In this document: one piece after another, positions 1 to 13,201 of the stretch
How positions within the stretch are numbered: the stretch's first letter is position 1
How the letters are laid out: each line of letters begins with the position of its first letter
Assembly: GCA_951406725.2 (NCBI GenBank)
Contig: OX597816.1
Span: 37,882,001 to 37,946,000, forward strand
From: Octopus vulgaris
Lineage: Eukaryota
Length of the DNA: 64,000 bases
Direction of reading: 5' to 3'
Translations under genes and position numbers: made by a program
Notes under the pieces: generated by a model
Seen by the model: the letters and a program-made list of their open reading frames with translations, nothing else
The model's database searches: none
Told to the model about the DNA's origin: nothing

Positions 1-1098
1 CTAGCATTATGTAGCAGTCACTCTCTAAGCATAGGTGTAATTGTGTCAATTACACTGACGCTTGGAGAGTGACTGCTGCATATAAACAAAAGAATGAATG
101 TTGGTCAGCAAGCTTTTTTAAGAATATTATTTGAAATGTTCTATAAAGATGTTTATGCTTCATCTTTACAGGAAACAGTAACTAATTGGCTGAGTCATAA
201 ATTTATCAGACAAATTGTTTCATAATATTTTATTCTGGCACCTTGCATTCTAAGTTTAAATCTCACTGGAAGTCAACTGGCTGAATCATAAGTGCATCAC
301 ACAAATTGCTTTGCAGTATTTTATCCTGGTAACTTGCATTCTGAGTTCAAAGCACATTGGTGTCATCCTTCCAATGTCACTAAATAAACTACCAATTTAG
401 TCGTGACGGACTGACAGAAATGGTAGAATGTTAGACAGAATACCTTGCTGTATTTGTTTTGACTATTTGTATTCTGGGTGCAAATCCCATCTTAATCTAT
501 GTCAGTGGTAGGCTTATTCCACTGTATGATTTTACACTACCACGTGGTACTTCAGTTATCTTTTAGCAGAATCCTCTCATTTGCAAGCATTTGGGTGAGG
601 TCTCCACATTCAGGATAACCTTCTCCCTTTCTTCTTACAGTCATGGAGGTCTTGTAAGGGATCTTGAGTACTGTAGTCCACCTGTGACTAAGCAATAAAA
701 AAAAAAAATACAAAAAAGAAACTAGATATGCAGATCAGTTCCTATGGATCAATGTCATTTGTGAAATCCTTCTATCTATTTTTGCCACCCACTATTCCTC
801 AGTTACCTCCTCCATGAACCAACAATTCAGTGCATCATGTTTATGTGTATATGAAATTTAATTTTATTTATTTTGTTTTCAAAATTTCTAATCTTTTCGA
901 CTTTGTGAATAAGTGGTAATGTTTGAGATTGTTAACATTAACAGCCATTGAATAAATGGTAGCATTTTCAATTGTTAATAGTCCGAAAACCGTTTTTCTC
1001 CTATCTATACAAGTATACCATTTCATTACTGTTATTTTGCAAACCTAGGATGGTATTTTTTTTCCTTTTTAGGATTCCAGTTGGTTACAAACATTTAC

Positions 1099-1485
1099 TA
1101 ATTTAAAATGAGCCCTATGGAGCAGATTTTATCAGAGAAAGGTCCTAGGCACATTTATTGAATAGATTTTTCTATTGTTTAGATAGAAAACTTTGAAATG
1201 GAAAAGATGTGCTGAATTGTCATGCATTAATTTAAAATGAGCCCTATGGAGCAGATTTTATCAGAGAAAGGTCCTAGGCACATTTATTGAATAGATTTTT
1301 GTATTGTTTAGATAGAAAACTTTGAAATGGAAAAGATGTGCTGAATTGTCATGCATTAATTTAAAATGAGCCCTATGGAGCAGATTTTATCAGAGAAAGG
1401 TCCTAGGCACATTTATTGAATAGATTTTTCTATTGTTTAGATAGAAAACTTTGAAATGGAAAAGATGTTCTGAATTGTCATGCAT
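1099..1485. repeat. Tandem repeat, 3 x 129 bp, near-identical
   Basis: Unit starts taatttaaaatgagccctatgg at 1099, 1228 and 1357. Confidence 0.95.
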
Positions 1486-2273
1486 GGAATTGTTGTTAGT
1501 GAACTGTCACATGGGCAATTATTGGGGTGCCACCTCCTCCATAGAGTTCTGTCATTACATTTCCCTGCTGGATTCCTAAACATGACCGACTGAAACTATG
1601 GATTTATCCAAATGTCTTGTCCTTGGTTTACCCTCAGTTTTCTGCTGGTTGACTTGGCTTGAAGATTCTGTAAAATAATCCTTTCTACTATGGGTACAAG
1701 GCCTGAAATTTTTTTGGTAGGGGGAATCTAGTCAATGACATCGACCCCAGTGTTCAGCTAGTACTTATTTTATCAACCCCAGTTCTCAACTGGTACATAT
1801 TTCATTGACCCTGAAAGGTGAAAGGCAAAGTCAACCTTGGCAGAATTTGAACTCAGAACATGAAGAAGGATAAAATATTTAGCAGCATTTGTCCCAGTGT
1901 GCTAATGATTCTGCCAGCCAGCTCATTGTCTTAATTCTGTGAAATAATCCTTTCTTATATAGGCACAAAACCTGGAATTTGTGGGAAGGGGGCTAGTCAA
2001 TTTCATTGACCCTGAAAGGATAAAAGGCAAAGTCAACCTTGGCAGAATTCGAACTCAGAACATAAAGACGGACAAAATACTGCTAAGCAATTTGTCCAGC
2101 ATGCTTATGATTCTGCCAGCTCACTGCATTAATTCTGTGAAATATTAAAATGAAATATTTATTTGGTTGTCACTTTCTGATTATTTTATCTAATTATGAA
2201 TATGGATTTTATAAAGTGTCTTACTTTCTCATTGTTATGTTTTTTTATATATATACTTTTAAACTATTTCCAG

Positions 2274-2376
2274 AGAAATCTCCCGAATTCAGTTTCGCTT
2301 ACCAGATGGTTCTGCAATAACGCAACAGTTTAAATCCTCTGAACCACTTTCAGTAGCCTGCAGTTTTATTTCTCAA
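2274..2376 (+). CDS. UBXN4: UBX domain-containing protein 4, internal exon (start of the UBX domain); upstream exons lie outside the window
   Basis: ttccAG acceptor and GTtagt donor; encodes EISRIQFRLPDGSAITQQFKSSEPLSVACSFISQ, matching the RIQFRLPDG UBX signature. Confidence 0.92.
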
Positions 2377-3117
2377 GTTAGTATTGCATTTCTGTCTTAC
2401 TCTCTGTCTTTTTCTACGTTTGTACAGCTAAGGGCTTTCATCTTATTTGTTAAAATCTAACATAAACATTGCCTTCTTTTTTTTTTTTTATCACAGTTTT
2501 AGAATAGGTATACAGCATCCCTGCATATTTTAAGAAGCAACTAAAATGTTAGACAACAGGAAGAGCATCTGATTGTAAAACATGGCCTTTGAGTATCTTG
2601 TCAACTTGTGCCAAAGGAAAAAAAACTAACATAAAATGATGACGACTATGATTAGAATTTTTTTCCATATCTGTCTTGTTTAGAATAGCCTTTTACTATA
2701 AATGGGTGAAAATATAAAGTTTTCATTTCTGTTTTATATTTTTGCAATTTTATAAGTTGTAAAATGAAAGGATCAAACTGACAATTTTTAGATTTGTCTT
2801 TCATTAATAATGTTGAATAATGCAGTCTAGAGATTAACGCATTCAACTGGAGAAAAGAAGTTTGTTTAATCAACATTCATGCTTTGATTTTTTCTTTCTT
2901 TACATTGAGCATGTTGTCCTGACAGTTTAGGATCATGTTCTTCTTTTTTTAATGTTAAGAGTGATTCAGCTGCCACATTTGCTCAAGTAACTATGTCCAT
3001 ACTGAAGTTGGGTATATTGGGGAACTAGATATCTGGGCAGCTCTTAAAAGTTCACCAAGTTTTCTCTATGCTGCATGTCTACCTCAGCAGAGCTGAGTTT
3101 GCTAAATAACAACAAGT

Positions 3118-3481
3118 ATCCGAATCGTGGCCGATGCCAGCGCCGCCTCGACTGGCTTCCGTGTCGGTGGCACGTAAAAAGCACCATCCGAATCGTGGCC
3201 GAAGCCAGTGCCGCCTCAACTGGCTTCCGTGCAGGTGGCACGTAAAATGCTCCAATCCGACCGTGGCCGATGGCAGCCTCGCCTGGCTCCAGTGCAGGTG
3301 GCACGTAAAAAGCACCCACTACACTCACGGAGTGGTTGGCGTTAGGAAGGGCATCCAGCTGTAGAAACATTGCCAGATAAGACCAGAGCCTGGTGCAGCC
3401 TCCTGGCTTCCCAGATCCCCGGTCGAACCGTCCAACCCATGCTAGCATGGAGAACGGACGTTAAACGATGATGATGATGAT
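3118..3481 (+). mobile_element. SINE family C (MetaSINE-like central domain, about 64-bp internal tandem units, (GAT)n tail); others at about 3895-4196, 9550-9726, 32644-32820, 33609-33978, 34712-34878, 37068-37454 and 42970-43240
   Basis: Shared gttaggaagggcatccagctgtagaaa core and gttaaacgatgatgat tail. Confidence 0.8.
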
Positions 3482-3580
3482 TGAGATGCTAGTAGTTTTG
3501 ATAATTATATACAAGACTTGTGATTTTGTAATTTGTCAAATTTTTTTTTCTCAATGTTGATTTCCTGTTGCATTTTCTAG

Positions 3581-3703
3581 CATGCTGGTTCAAACATCCA
3601 GCTGTATACAATGTTCCCAAAGCGAACTTTCACTGCTCAGGACATGACTTCAAGTTTATTATCTCTTGAACTTGTACCCAGTGCTGTTATTCTCGTCATA
3701 CCG
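3581..3703 (+). CDS. UBXN4: UBXN4 internal exon (C-terminal half of the UBX domain)
   Basis: ttctAG/GTaagt, phase 0-0; HAGSNIQLYTMFPKRTFTAQDMTSSLLSLELVPSAVILVIP contains the UBX FP(R/K) loop and the LxPSA motif. Confidence 0.93.
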
Positions 3704-4380
3704 GTAAGTGGAAAGTGACCTTTAGCTTGTACAATTATTGTATTTGCACAAAATAACTTGCAAACTTGCTGTAAAGTGTGTTGTACATCTTATCTCAGTT
3801 TCTCTTTGAAGAAATATACTATTCTCATTTCATTCTATGGTTAGAAGTTTATTCAGCTCTTAATACTAAAAGTACCAGGTATCTTATCTTTCTAGGCACG
3901 TAAAAAGCACCATCTGAATCGTGGCCGATGTCAGCGCCGCCTTGACTGGCTTCCGTGCCGGTGGCACGTAAAATGCACCAATCCGATCGTTGCCAGCCGA
4001 GCCTGGCAACTGTGCAGGTGGCACATAAAAAGCACTCACTACACTCACGGAGTGGTTGGTGTTAGGAAGGGCATCCAGCTGTAGAAACACTGCCAGATCA
4101 GACTGGAGCCTGGTGCAGCCTTCTGGCTTCCCAGACCCCCGGTCGAACCGTCCAACCCATGCTAGCATGGAGAACTGACGTTAAACGATGATGATGTCCA
4201 AGTTTTAAGAAAAATCTGTAAAATATCAAATAATGAAATAATAACAAAATATAAAACGACATGAAAGCTCAACATGCAAACTTCTATGTGCTCTGTGTAA
4301 ATAATAAATTAGAAACCCTAGAAACTGTTCATCTCACATAGGAATGGATTGTCTCTCTCCACCCTTATCAAGAAATTTAA

Positions 4381-4597
4381 CCCTTTAGCATTCATATTCT
4401 TTCAAAAGTAATGCTTATTCATTCGCATTGTTTTGAATTATTCATGTATTATCTCATAGCTTTGAGATTTTGAAGAGGTGGCTGTTAATCTTTAGAATGA
4501 TATTGTAGAGTTTGTGTGAAAGGCCAGATCTGGCCAGCTAGAAAGTAAAACAGGTAGAATATTTTGTCTGGACATAAACGTTTTAAATGCTAAAGGG
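4381..4597. mobile_element. piggyBac-type MITE (family also at 14345-14564 and 28866-29086)
   Basis: TTAA|CCCTTTAGCA...TGCTAAAGGG|TTTA; the other two copies have TTAA on both sides and share the internal sequence. Confidence 0.8.
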
Positions 4598-4600
4598 TTT

Positions 4601-4955
4601 ACTCATACAAGCCCCCTCTGTTGACTTCGCCATCTTGCCATTGTACTTGGCAAGTATTTCATCTATTTTAGGGGCCATCAGCTTCATTACCACTATTACA
4701 ATGAGAAAGAATACAAATAGAACATCTTCCTCTATTTGTATAATCTGGATTTATTATTGCAATTCTCCTTTTGTGTATATTGGTTTTAGCAGATGCTATC
4801 ACAATACTTTAACAGATTGTAATGTTGATATCTTTTTTTATCTTAGAGGAAGAGGAAATCCAACACTTTATCAACACCTTTTTTTTTTTGGTTATCTCAA
4901 AGTATATATTTTAATTTTATCTAGATTTGGAATCATTTCCTGCATTTTATCTCAT
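4601..4955 (+). pseudogene. COX1: NUMT: decayed mitochondrial cytochrome c oxidase subunit I fragment in a UBXN4 intron
   Basis: Frameshifted translation [27 protein letters not shown]...PTLYQHLFFFGYLKVYILIL corresponds to COX1 [27 protein letters not shown]...[21 protein letters not shown]. Confidence 0.9.
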
Positions 4956-5572
4956 GGCATTTCAAATACAGGACTGTTAAAATAGTTGTTCTAATAATTC
5001 ATATGCATATATAATACACTTATATACATTATGCATCATATATTATACACAAACCTACAAATCACTGTGGTAACTGAATAGTTAAATATATTGGGTTTAC
5101 AGGTCATTATTTCAAAAGCATTTCTTGGGTTTGTATTAGCTCTTTGGATAAGAATGTTCCATTTGTGTTGACTTACTTTACCACAAATAAACCAATAATT
5201 GCGGTGAGTTGTTGCTGTCGGGATATTCAACTCTAAGAATAATAATCACTGAGCAGCTGATTAGCATTTACATGTTAGGATAGATAGACAAACAAGTCCA
5301 CTTTCAGTTTTATATGCTTACACATACATAGAAATATACAGATGTAGATCTACTCAGGTGCATACACATAAACATAATATATGCTTGACCAGATGATTTC
5401 TTTCAAAATTGGTCCTCACAAAGATTTTTGCATGAGCGGTCTTTTGTTTTTAAATTCAGTGTTGCTAACATCATTTGTAATGACGTAGATGTGTGTGTGT
5501 GTATGTGTGAGTGTACATATACACCTTTAAGAAATAGATATTGGTCTGTACCCAAAGTTGTCTTATATTTAA

Positions 5573-5970
5573 CTAGCAGTTTCGCCCGGAGTTGCTCGGG
5601 TTTGTAAGGGAAATAACTATATAAGCATTTTTAGAGAGTTATAGCCAAATAATAGCAAAAAATGCATTAAAAATGGAAAAAAAATTATGGTAAATTTTTT
5701 TTATAAATCGTTGACTCATCGTAGACATTTTTAGAGAGTTACTTCCCTTATATAATAGCGAAAAAATGCATTAAAATGGAAAAAAATGATGGTAAATTAG
5801 TTTTAAAATCGTAGACTCATTGTAGACGCGCGCTAATACCCAGAAGGGCTCGATATGAATCACGACTATAAGATACCCGGTTTTGGTTAAACTGCACCGC
5901 AAAATGTGGGAGTAGTTAGGAATCTAAATCGTAGGAGACAGACACACAACCTTACTTTTATATATAAAGA
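5573..5970 (-). mobile_element. Non-autonomous Helitron
   Basis: On the minus strand: 5' TC, 3' CTAG preceded by a GC-rich hairpin, inserted between A and T with no TSD; three similar copies in the window. Confidence 0.8.
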
Positions 5971-6151
5971 TTGCTTATTGTCACAAGCATGGTTGTGTGA
6001 TTGTTAGGATTTCACTTCCCAACCACATGGCTTCAGGTTCAGTACCACTGCATGGCACCTTGGGCAAGTGTCTTCTACGATAGCTCCTGACCAAAGCCTT
6101 ATGAGTGGATTTGATAGATGGAAACTCAAAGAAGCTCATTATGTATGCACC

Positions 6152-6242
<91 letters not shown>

Positions 6243-6449
6243 AGAAGGGAAAGAAAAGGGAAAATAGCAAATCCTCTTACAATGTGTTAAGGCCCATCCT
6301 CAGAAGCAAATTACAACCCGCACACACACACATACACACACACACACATATATATCATTATCATCTGTCTTCCATGCTAGCATGGGGGTTGATGGGGTGA
6401 TGGTGACTGTTGGTGCAGTGTATTCATTTGTTTTTATTCTTATTTCCAG

Positions 6450-6649
6450 ATAAAATCAGTTTTGGCTCCAAAAACGTACTCCAACAATTTTCTTGGTATG
6501 ATACTAGCACCTCTATTTACATTGTTGAACTTTATATATGGAATAATATTTGGAACTCCAGCCAATCCAAACCCAGGAGATAGTAGAACCACAAATAAAG
6601 ACAATGAAAACACAGTTCCATCGAGTACAACTTCTCAACGGCCGTCAAC
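6450..6649 (+). CDS. UBXN4: UBXN4 penultimate exon (hydrophobic membrane-embedded segment)
   Basis: ttccAG/GTaagt, phase 0-2; IKSVLAPKTYSNNFLGMILAPLFTLLNFIYGIIFGTPANP...; frame compatible with both neighbouring exons. Confidence 0.9.
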
Positions 6650-6689
6650 GTAAGTTTATTTTATTTTATTTTATTTTTTACTCTACTAG

Positions 6690-6850
6690 TTCATCATCAT
6701 CATCATTGTTCGACCGTGGTCGAGACAATGGAATTTACCATGCTACGCCAGACTTCACGGTCCATCACGGCATTACGGAGGTCCTGTTGCTGGATGCCTG
6801 TATCCCTGGAGATTACATCTGGGTAGTTAGAATTTCTCGTGATTGAGCAA
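6690..6850 (-). mobile_element. RTE-clade LINE 3' fragment
   Basis: Minus-strand YPDVISRDTGIQQQDLRNAVMDREVWRSMV followed by a (TGA)n tail. Confidence 0.75.
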
Positions 6851-7366
6851 ATCTGATTAAAAGCATGCCAGCCGTAACCTGACCATCCTGTCTTTTTATA
6901 TCGCTTGCTACAATGTCTTGATCATTTATTTTTCTGAAGTAGTATTGTGTGTGATTTGAGGGAGAGCTGGGTGCTATTTTCCAGCAGGTTGAGGGACCAC
7001 GTAGAGCCTCACTTGATAGCTTGTTGTTTCAATTGTTGTCAATGCAGTGGTTGGCTTTCAACTTCAGTATAAGGAGTAGTCAGTTCCAGGGGCCATCGAC
7101 TAAAGAAGTAGCTTTGTTCATCTGACCAAAGAGAATAGAATAGCTAGGAATTAAGCATTGTTGTGTTCATTCCAAAAAAAATCAGCATACAGAAGCTATC
7201 ACAGAAATTTTAGCTGGTTAAGACAAGTCTGATATTGTGAGTAGTAAAAAGAAATGATAAGACCGGAGCCTGGTGCAGCCTTCTGGCTTCCCAGATCCCC
7301 GGTCGAACCGTCCAATCCATGCTAGCATGGAGAACGGACGTTAAACGATGATGATGATTATTAATA

Positions 7367-7783
7367 GGCGCAGGGAGTGGCTGTGTGGTAAGTAGCTTGT
7401 TTACCAACCACATGGTTCCGGGTTCAGTCCCACTGCGTGGCACCTCGGGCAAGTGTCTTCTACTATAGCCTCGGGCCGACCAAAGCCTTGTGAGTGGATT
7501 TGGTAGACGGAAACTGAAAGAAGCCTGTCGTATATATGTACATATATATATATATATATGCGTGTGTGTGTTTGTGTGTCTGTGTTTGCCCCCCTAGCAT
7601 TGCTTGACAACTGATGCTGATGTGTTTATGTCCCCGTTACTTAGCGGTTTGGCAAAAGAGACCAATAGAATAAGTACTGGGCTTACAAAAGAATAAGTCC
7701 CGGGGTCGAGTTGCTCGATTAAAGGCAGTGCTCCAGCATGGCCGCAGTCAAGTGACTGAAACAAGTAAAAGAGTAAAGAGTAA
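7367..7783 (+). mobile_element. tRNA-derived SINE family A with an internal microsatellite; further copies at about 8021-8421(-), 16935-17310(-), 19965-20320(-), 24470-24772(-), 37790-38055(+), 44576-45013(+), 51480-51815(-), 51972-52407(-), 52458-52866(+) and 61075-61462(+)
   Basis: A box tggctgtgtggtaag, B box ggttcagtccc, ccttgggcaag core, (AAAGAGT)-like tail; many near-identical copies. Confidence 0.9.
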
Positions 7784-8228
7784 TAAAACAGTGAGAACAA
7801 TGATTTTCAGATTTATACTGCATTTTATCATCGTCATCACCCACATTTTATGTCTGCTCCTTCATGCTGGCAAAACTTGAATGGATTTTCTGAGGTATAG
7901 ATTTGTGGCTAGGTACCTTTCTTGTCATGAATCTTTCCAGTTACTACTTACAGCATGTAGGGATGCAGTGAACCCATTCTAAAAGCAGAATACACATCTA
8001 GATATACTCTCTCTCTCTTGTACTCTTTTACTTGTTTCAGTCATTTGACTGTGGCCATGCTGGAGCACCGCCTTTTAGTCGAGCAAATCGACCCCAGGAC
8101 TTATTCTTTGTAAGCCTAGTACTTATTCTATCGGTCTTTTTTGCCGAACCGCTAAGTTACGGGGACGTAAACACACCAGCATCCGTTGTCAAGCGATGTT
8201 GGGAGGACAAACACAGACATACAAACAT

Positions 8229-8259
<31 letters not shown>

Positions 8260-9180
8260 CGACGGGCTTCTTTCAGTTTCCGTCTACCAAATCCACTCGC
8301 AAGGCTTTGGTTGGCTCGAGGCTATAGTAGAAGACACTTGCCCAAGGTGCCATGCTGTGGGAGTGAACCCGGAACCATGTGGTTCGTAAGCAAGCTACTT
8401 ACACACAGTCACTGCTACGCCTATATAAAACATTTTCTGAATATTTTTATAGAATAAAACTGATGCAAATATCACCATTATTATCATTTTTAACATTTGC
8501 TTTCCATGCTGGCATGCAGGAAATTGGCAAGCTACAGGGCTGTGTCAAGCTCTAGTGTCATCTTTGGCGTGGTTTCTATGGCTGGATGCCCTTCTTAACA
8601 CCAGCCACTTAAGAGTGTACTGGGTGCTTTTTTACATGCGATCAGCACTAGTGAGGTTGCCATGTAACTTACAAGATGGCAAAGAACTGGGAAACAGCTC
8701 TCACTATTAAGAAAAAGTATTGGGGGAGGGGTGGCTTTATGCCAGGTATGATAGGAGGGACAAGCACAGGTGTCTTTCTATGGAGGAGATACATGGTGAA
8801 TATATTTGCAATTAATCAGTTTGTAGCTTCAGTACCATAGGTAAAACTGAAATAGTAGTTATAATATTTGTCTGAGAAAACAGAAGTGGTTTTACCACAG
8901 TTTGTAGATAATAGTTATAGTGTTAGAGATTCAGCTGTGATATATACTTTGCTAGTCTTTATTTATTTATCTATTAATTAACAATGAAAACAATTATGGT
9001 AGAATTGAAGTAGAAACATTTGCAAATTGTTGTTTTAATGTCTATGTTGATTGACAGTGGTGAATTAAGTATGAAAAGAAGCTTAACTGATTGCATTTTC
9101 TTGGTATCGTTGATGAGTTTGTTAGTAGAAATAAGATTTATTTCGATAATGTAAGCTGTAAAATGAATATAAAATGACTT

Positions 9181-9515
9181 TTACGGATTCCATGGACAGC
9201 GAGGCTCACCAATGGAGAAGTTCTTAAGTAGATCAGGCCGAAAACGTCGCTTGAAGCTAGGATCACCAAGCATAGATTGGCATATTTCGGTCATATTATG
9301 CGGAGAAAATCCCTGGAGAAGGACATCATGCTCGGAATGGTCAGTGGCAAGAGAGGAAGAGGCCGACCAAGAACCCGCTGGCTTGACACCATCAAGAGTG
9401 ATACCGGAATGGACATAGCCAGTCTGAAAGAAGCGGCCCAGGGTAGAACTGACTGGAGGACACTGATCCAACAAGTAACCGAGAGTCGACTTTGACTGAG
9501 CGGATAGATAGATAG
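9181..9515 (+). mobile_element. RTE/BovB-like LINE 3' fragment
   Basis: RIPWTAR...LAYFGHIMRRKSLEKDIMLGMVSGKRGRGRPRTRWLD...AAQGRTDWR, then a (GATA)n tail. Confidence 0.9.
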
Positions 9516-9928
9516 AAAATGAATATAACTTATATTTATTGGCACAGGCCATGACACATAGAAGGCACCCACTAGACTCTTGGAGTGGTTGGCATTAGGA
9601 AGGGCATCATGCCATAGAAACCATGCCAAATCAGACTGGAACCTGGTACAGCTGTCTGGCTTACCAGTTTCAGTCAAACGATCTAACCCATGCCAGCACT
9701 GAAAGTAGACACTAAATGATGATGATGTAGCATGGCTGTGTAGTTAAGAAACTCTCTTTTCAACCATGGTCTTAGATGATCCATTGTTAAAATTTAGCTT
9801 TAATAGAAAAATACAAATATAGCAACACTGAAAGCATTGTCATAATAAAATGTACCTTTCAAATAAACCTGAATACTTACTTTTCCTTTTTTCTTCCCTC
9901 TCTTTCATTTTTTTACTCTCTTCTTCAG

Positions 9929-10052
9929 AGCTTACAAGAGACGTTCATCACCGATAAGTCGTCAAGAAGGCAACATCCATAAGTTTACCAGTAGTCAAGA
10001 TGATGACGACGATCAGTCAACCTGGAATGGGAACTCTACGCAGCAAATGTGA
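9929..10052 (+). CDS. UBXN4: UBXN4 last coding exon
   Basis: Polypyrimidine tract plus cAG; ends ...EGNIHKFTSSQDDDDDQSTWNGNSTQQM-stop, the diagnostic UBXN4 C-terminus. Confidence 0.95.
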
Positions 10053-11382
10053 TTTCTGTTTCCAAATTTCATCAAATTACACACATACACACACACAGAC
10101 ACACACTCTCTCTTAACTAAATAACAGCATTATTATTATTATTATTATTATTGAAATACCTTCTCCATCTCCCTCCCTCCCCTCTCTGCTATTCTTAATC
10201 ACATTAGCTCTGTGACAAGTCTCTCTCTCTTTTGCCATCCTCAGCCCCTCTCAAATGAAATACTATGACTACTACTACTACTACTACTACATTCAATAGC
10301 TGGCTTTACCACTTAGTTATATTCTCTGTTTTGCTCTTCTTCGTCTTGGTTTCTTGAATTACTCCATGCTTTCAGACGGTTGCTACTCTTATGTCAGAGG
10401 CTTTTTGTTGACTTTTTCAAACCAACCTGGCCCCAGCTCTCCGATTAAACCCTCAACCCTACACCCATCTCCTTCCCCCCCCTCCTCCTCAACCCTCTAC
10501 TTATTTCTTCAACTTTTTATTTTCGTCTTTGCTTTATTAGCCAGCTTCCTTCATTGGTGAACAGATTTACACTTTTACTCTATTTGTATAAAGTAAATAT
10601 ATGGATGTACTCAGGATTGGATCCCTGTGTACAATTAACACTTTTTCTGTGTTTGCTTTTGTTTTTGTTTCTTTCTTATATTATATTTTGTTGTGTGTTG
10701 TCACACACAAGTTCACACAAAAGACATGGCCTTCCTTTCACTCTGTAATGGCTAATAAATATTTATATATGTGTGTGTGTGTGTTTGTGTATGTTTGTGT
10801 ATATATATGTGTTTGTGTGTATATGTTTGTTTATATATGTATATATATATATATATATATAATTATAATTATAAATAAAGCATATCTACACGTGGATGCA
10901 AACATGGCCGAGTGGTTAAAGAGTTTGCTTTGCAGCCATGACATGCCAGGCTGGATCACAATCTATGGATTGTACTTGTAATTGAAAGGTAGGTCCAGCC
11001 TTTTTGTGCTGTGCCTTGCTGATTAAACTTGAGGATTGCATTAAGGATACACGTGTCTGTGGAATACCCAGCCACTTTGCATGCTAATTCAATGTGTAGG
11101 TAATTCAGTTGATTGAACAATTTGGTGTCTTGTGTCAAAAGGGATGGGAGAATCCATCATCATATATGCGTGTGTGTGTGTGTGTATTTTGCTGCTGTTT
11201 GTGTGTAATTATAAAGCATTGTACAATTTTTAATTTTGTACCTGTACAAATTATATATGTATATAATATACACATGCACGCGTGCAAACACACACATCTG
11301 CCTATTAATATATAGATATAGTGTCTGACTCATATCTATATGCTATGATGAAAAAGGGGATGTTAACTGATCATACATACAT

Positions 11383-11423
<41 letters not shown>

Positions 11424-11427
11424 CATA

Positions 11428-11558
11428 CAGGGTGTCCAAAAATTCTGGGTACATGGAATAAATAAATAAAATCATAATATAAACAATTAAATATAAGAAA
11501 TAATAATTTCTTAAAGTATGTGTTAATCCCCATCTACCCAGACTTTGTGGACACCCTG
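11428..11558. mobile_element. Tc1/mariner-type MITE
   Basis: TA|CAGGGTGTCCA...TGGACACCCTG|TA with about 30-bp imperfect TIRs. Confidence 0.8.
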
Positions 11559-13201
11559 TATATCCATATTTAAATTTGTAGGCAGATGTGTGTTTGTGAG
11601 TGTGTGTGTGTATATATATAGATAAAATATATATAGGTACTATGTAGGTTACATATTTTATATCATACCTTGGTACTGTGTGGACTGAGATCCCCTGTTA
11701 ACATGTCCCTGGTATTTGAAAATAGTGTTAATGCTTATGCTATGCAAATTAATTGTTCCAGTTTTCTAAAGTAAATGTAACTGTTGAGTATATAAACAAA
11801 TTGGCTGCTTGTTTGTCTGGGATTAATCAAACTGATGTAGATACCTTTGATATGAGTCCAATAAGATTCGAAAATCAATTAAGGTTGTTCATCACTTTTT
11901 TTTCAATCTATGGAGAAATAGCTAAATTAGCCTTGTTTATATAGGTTATATTTATATATTTTTAACTCTATCTATCTATCTATCTATCTATCTATATATA
12001 TATATATATATATAGCTAATGATAAAAGGGTAAAATTAATTATTTATTAATAGTTTTACCAAGTAGTGTTCAGTATGTAAAAAGACCATTTACGGTATAT
12101 TTAAAACATTACGTTATATAATTAGGGTTCAGTAAAAAAAATTTACTTCACCACACACCAAACTTTTAGAAATAGCAGCCAAAAAATTTAGCTATTTCCT
12201 CTACTATAAGAAAAGTCTCCCAGACAATGTATACTCAAAAATAATTCACGTAGGTATATAGCTAGATAGACTGTCATTGTAAGTCTTTATATAATAATGT
12301 GTAATTATATACATACACATGCACATGATGTATATATTTATATGTACATGTACAGTTATTTGCAAGTTATATAAACATACATACACATGTATTTCACTTT
12401 AACCATGGTATTATTTACAGAAATTATGATGAAGTACTTATAATTATTTGAAATGTTGATATTGAAGTTATGTTTATGTTGTTTATATTCAGAAGGTCTA
12501 TTTTTGTTTTAAACATTGTATAGAGCAAGTCTTTTTACAGTTGAATATCTTCACTTCCATAAACCACATAGCTAGAAATGTTTGATGGGACAAGTATAGT
12601 AATCTGCTTTGTCTAGGACAGAATATTAATGTTATGGCAGGGTCTGACCACATAACTTAGAGTCCAGGGATTTATTTAAATCCAGAGCCCTGGGGATTTT
12701 AACTTAAGTTATATGCTGATCTGTCTCTCTTGCTGTATATATTTGTGTAAAGGGAAGTGGGCTGCCAAGTTGTTGATATATTCTGTTAAACAGAATTAAT
12801 TAAATTCCTTAAAAATATACACACACACAAAGATACACCTCTTTCTCTCTCACTATATATATATATAATGTGTGTGTGTATATATATATATATATAACAC
12901 AATATAATATAATACGAGTATTTATTTGGACTTTAGGTATATGTTTAGTCAATTTCTTTATTACCCACGAGGGACCATCTTTAGGTATATGTTTAGTAGC
13001 ATGCTGATTAAAGCACTGTCATCGTTTAGGCTACCTGATGTTATCCACAGTTATGATATAATAGTTACTGGATCTACGTCAGGAATTCCAGTGTTTGTTG
13101 AGTTTATAATGAATGAGGGAAAGTATAGCCAACATCTTATGGGCGACCACAACATGCCAAGCGAAACTCAGTATATATAGCGAAGTATCTTATTTCAAAC
13201 G

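Noticed and set aside
4587-4985. 132-aa ORF as a functional nuclear COX1
   Set aside because: Compensating frameshifts and loss of the HPEVY and WFFGH residues show it is a pseudogene.
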